Source: Coraliomargarita sp.
GTDB taxonomy: Bacteria > Verrucomicrobiota > Verrucomicrobiia > Opitutales > Coraliomargaritaceae
Reading direction: 5' to 3'
DNA length: 64,000 nucleotides
NCBI GenBank assembly: GCA_965216325.1
Contig: OZ244160.1
Span: 2,592,001 to 2,656,000 of the forward strand
Shown: positions 60,973 through 64,000 of the stretch, in pieces
Layout of the letters: every line of letters starts with the position of its first letter
Numbering within the stretch: the first letter of the stretch is position 1
Program-made: the position numbers and the translations under genes
Notes under the pieces: model-generated
Told to the model about the DNA's origin: nothing
The model's input: the letters and a program-made list of their open reading frames with translations, nothing else
Databases searched by the model: none

Positions 60973-62256
60973 CTAAAAGAGTGCGGTTACGGGTTGGCCT
61001 TTGTCGGCAATGCGGAACGGACGACCTGAAGGGGAATAAACGACTTTGTCAATCGGGAGTCCGAGTGCATAGGCGATCGTTGCATTAAAGTCCGGAACGG
61101 TGACGGTGTTTTCGATGACGCTATGGCTACGCTCATCGGTGGCACCATAGACTTGGCCCCCCTGGATTCCGCCTCCGGCGAGCACGCAGCTAAATGCATT
61201 CGGGTGGTGGTCCCGGCCGGCGTTGCCATTGATTTTCGGAGAACGCCCAAATTCAGTGCCGATTACGACGAGTGTTTCGTCCAGCAGGCCGCGGTAGTGG
61301 AGGTCTTCGAGTAGCGCCGAGGCGCTTTGGTCGAGTGTTGTGGAAAGTGTTGCGACTTGATCGTGGTTGTCGTTGTGGGTGTCCCAACCACCAAGATTGA
61401 GTTCGACATAGCGCACCCCATGTTCGACCAAGCGACGGGCGAGTAGGCAGCTCTTGCCGAATCGGGATTCTCCGTAGACCTTGCGCATGTGTTGAGGCTC
61501 TTTACTCAGGTCAAAGGCTTCAAGGTCCTTACTATTCATCAGTTTGATGGCTTCTTGATAGACGTCTGAGTATGCGCGGACTTTTTTAGCGGGATACTTC
61601 TTATGGAAGCTGAGGTCCATCATTTTGGCGATCTCTAGTCGCTCACGCATTTCGATTTCGTCCACACTGTGGTGGCGATCAATGTGTGGTAGACCTTCGT
61701 CCGGATTTCCCAGATGCAGTGGTCCGTATTTTGAATCGAGAAAGCCTGCACCGCCGGGTGTGTTGTTACTGCCTCCGATACGAACATTGCCCGGAAGGGT
61801 GGAGTTGGTTTTGCCCGACATACTATTGAGCCATGCGCCGAGCCCGGGGTGTTGAATCGTCCCGCGCTGCGTGTAACTGGTGTGCATGAAGTAGTTGCCT
61901 TGTTCGTGGGCACCTTGATTGGAATACATCGAGCGAATGATTGCCATCTTGTCGGCGTGGCGTGCGAGGCCCGGTAAGTATTCGGAAAAACGGATGCCGG
62001 AGACATTGGTTTCGATCGGCTTGACGGGGCCTTGGTCTTCCCACTGGGGCTTGGGGTCAAAGGTATCGATCTGACTCATGCCACCGCTGAGATAGATGTA
62101 GATGACGTTACGCGCAGTGGCTTTGCGCGCCATTGAGGCTGCCCAGAGTGGATTGGCTGCGGTGGAGGACAGTCCGACGCCAAGCAGTGCCTTGGCTGAG
62201 TAGTGCACGAACTTACGGCGTGAGAGTTCGTCTAGCTTATGGAGTTCGTCAAACAT
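60973..62256 (-). CDS. DUF1501 domain protein with a Tat-like signal
   Basis: SRRKF, GGMSQIDTFDPK, LLARRLVE.GV, GWDTH, EFGRSP and GRDHH motifs. Confidence 0.92.
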   Translation of the reverse strand: MFDELHKLDELSRRKFVHYSAKALLGVGLSSTAANPLWAASMARKATARNVIYIYLSGGMSQIDTFDPKPQWEDQGPVKPIETNVSGIRFSEYLPGLARHADKMAIIRSMYSNQGAHEQGNYFMHTSYTQRGTIQHPGLGAWLNSMSGKTNSTLPGNVRIGGSNNTPGGAGFLDSKYGPLHLGNPDEGLPHIDRHHSVDEIEMRERLEIAKMMDLSFHKKYPAKKVRAYSDVYQEAIKLMNSKDLEAFDLSKEPQHMRKVYGESRFGKSCLLARRLVEHGVRYVELNLGGWDTHNDNHDQVATLSTTLDQSASALLEDLHYRGLLDETLVVIGTEFGRSPKINGNAGRDHHPNAFSCVLAGGGIQGGQVYGATDERSHSVIENTVTVPDFNATIAYALGLPIDKVVYSPSGRPFRIADKGQPVTALF

Positions 62257-62331
62257 TGTGAAGTGAAGGTGAGGGTGAATGTGGACGTGTTATCTCTTTA
62301 TTTGGTTAAGACTCGTACTGTCGTGTCAGTT

Positions 62332-62405
62332 GTAGGGGCGTTGCTTGCGACGCCCGCGGCTGTTGAGCTCTTTTGCTACGCGGGCTTCGCAAGCAAAGCC
62401 CCTAC
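62332..62405. repeat. Inverted REP doublet (REPIN-like); contains an empty IS110 target
   Basis: GTAGGGGCGTTGCTTGCGACGCCCGC (62332-62357) facing GCGGGCTTCGCAAGCAAAGCCCCTAC (62380-62405). Confidence 0.88.
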
Positions 62406-62447
62406 GTTCCTGTTGGCATGAGAGACTAAGAGTAGGATTATGAGTTG

Positions 62448-64000
62448 TTACTGAATAAAGATGAATTGCTGGGTGTTGAGCATCGCCCAGATGATGCGTT
62501 CACGGGCTTTCTCCGGGTTCTCAACAAAGTAGGGTAGCAGGGCTTCCATCTCGGCTTCGGTTGGCTTGCGTGCCAAGAAGCCGATATAGAGTGTTTCCAG
62601 TTTCTCGACTGGCGTTTGGGCTAATCGGGCTTCGATCACCGGAGCGGACTTGTGGGTGAACATACCGTTGATCTGCGGTGAGTTCATCAGGAAGAGTGCC
62701 TGCAACACGTTGCCACCATCATCGGAGTTCTCGATCAACATACGATCGGACTGCCCAAAGATTTCCAATAGGTGTCCATGAGGTGCGGGCGATGGGAGCT
62801 CGGATGCTCGACGAATGTGGGTCAACCATTTCACCTGCTGCCGGTTCTTCTTCTTCATTTGTTCCGCGTATCCGGGGAAGTCGGACATGGCTCCGCTTTG
62901 TGCGGTTTGCTGTGATCGGTCCTCATTGGGATCGACTAAGTTGTTCCACGCTTTGCGAGCAGAATTCATACGAGTGCGCGCTTGGTTGAGTTCGTCGGTG
63001 CCTTTGTAGTCGGGATCGCGGTTGAGTTTATAAAATATGGAACGTGCCTCAAAATACTCCTTATACACATCGCTCATCTCGATAATGTATTGGCTCAATT
63101 GTTGCGGAGACATCTCTTCCAGCATGGTGACCGATGCTGGCGGTTTAGAGGTACTATAGGTAATTCCACCGTTACGCCCAGTGTATGAATTGGTCAGTCG
63201 GGAGTCGATCTCGGGCGTCATCAGGGTCGCAAGTGAGTCCCAAATCTGCTCCGGAGTCATGCGCTGGAAGACGGGCCCTTGGAAGTGGTAGTCGTCGTCC
63301 TTGTCTGGATCATCCATGACTGATTGACGTTGGAAGTATTGGGTGTTGTAGAGTACGCGTTGGAACTGCTTGAGGTCGTAGTCCAAGGCACGCATCAACT
63401 TTTCCAGATAGGCCATTAGCTCTGGCGACTCGGCGACGGACTCGTCGGTCAGGTTATCGACGGGCTCGATCAGGCCTTTGCCCATGGCATGTTTCCACAT
63501 GCGATTCGCAATGACTGTGGTGAAGCGATCGTTGTTCTTACTGACGAGCCAGTTGGCATAGCTGTCGACCTTTGAAATCGAGTCATGTAATTTGGCATCT
63601 TCAGCTTCACCAAATAGGACCTTGGGTTTGACGACATCTCCCGCTTTGCCATCGCTATACATGTAGTCGTGCGGAAGCTTTAAGTCGCGTTTGGTGTGGA
63701 TGACACCCCAGCGCATTGGGTCGAAGAACTCTCGGCCGGCACGCATGGGGCTAGCCTGTTGGTTGTTGGGCAGCTTGCCGTCGTTGAGTTTACGAGAGGC
63801 CTCGCGCAATTTGGCCATGATCTTACGTACCTCTGGATTGTCGTTTACGCCGACGCCGGTTTTCAACCCGTAGGTGTAGGCTGCCAATTCGTAGAAGTCT
63901 TTCTGGGTCCAGACATCCGTCGGGTGATTGTGGCACTGGGCACACTGCATTTGAGTGCCCAGGAAAATCTGCGCAGTCATGGACATATTATCCAGTGGCA
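62448..64000 (-). CDS. DUF1549/DUF1553 protein, 5'-truncated by the window edge
   Basis: FLGTQMQCAQCHNHP, ANRMW...G.GLIEPVD, QALFLMN and WA.LN motifs; upstream of DUF1501. Confidence 0.88.
   Translation of the reverse strand, partial: PLDNMSMTAQIFLGTQMQCAQCHNHPTDVWTQKDFYELAAYTYGLKTGVGVNDNPEVRKIMAKLREASRKLNDGKLPNNQQASPMRAGREFFDPMRWGVIHTKRDLKLPHDYMYSDGKAGDVVKPKVLFGEAEDAKLHDSISKVDSYANWLVSKNNDRFTTVIANRMWKHAMGKGLIEPVDNLTDESVAESPELMAYLEKLMRALDYDLKQFQRVLYNTQYFQRQSVMDDPDKDDDYHFQGPVFQRMTPEQIWDSLATLMTPEIDSRLTNSYTGRNGGITYSTSKPPASVTMLEEMSPQQLSQYIIEMSDVYKEYFEARSIFYKLNRDPDYKGTDELNQARTRMNSARKAWNNLVDPNEDRSQQTAQSGAMSDFPGYAEQMKKKNRQQVKWLTHIRRASELPSPAPHGHLLEIFGQSDRMLIENSDDGGNVLQALFLMNSPQINGMFTHKSAPVIEARLAQTPVEKLETLYIGFLARKPTEAEMEALLPYFVENPEKARERIIWAMLNTQQFIFIQ

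Overview
Bacterial chromosomal window, most likely Verrucomicrobiota (Opitutales/Coraliomargarita-like). This is inferred from the lpxC-fabZ fusion, the DUF1501 + DUF1549/1553 + planctomycete-type cytochrome c cluster and an OmcB-like DUF11 protein. It opens with the end of the spc/alpha ribosomal operon (secY-map-rpsM-rpsK-rpsD-rpoA-rplQ) and continues with mostly housekeeping and transport genes (ffh, hpt, lpxC/fabZ, lpxA, P1B ATPase, nupC, addB-like, dinG-like, amtB, cimA, feoAB, tRNA-Leu, ROK kinase, a stand-alone fusA, aldA, alaS, leuB). The mobile and repeat layer is rich. (1) An intact class IIC group II intron sits behind a terminator. (2) A complete IS1111-type IS110 element is inserted in a REP palindrome, and its downstream non-coding region can be read directly as a two-loop bridge/seek RNA with guides matching both its target and its own donor junction. 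(3) A four-helix-bundle (IVS/Avd-like) gene is boxed by inverted 7-mer arrays, and gene-less versions of the same arrays occur elsewhere. (4) A Y1/HUH (RAYT-like) transposase has perfect 23-bp inverted repeats, a 650-bp tandem duplication and an iterated 17-bp terminal hairpin. (5) There are IS1380 and group II intron remnants sharing a 43-bp end, and several nested REP-like palindrome families. A roadblock-roadblock-degenerate NtrC-amtB gene string without glnK is a candidate undescribed signalling module. All calls come from reading the sequence and motifs by eye; no database searches were run.
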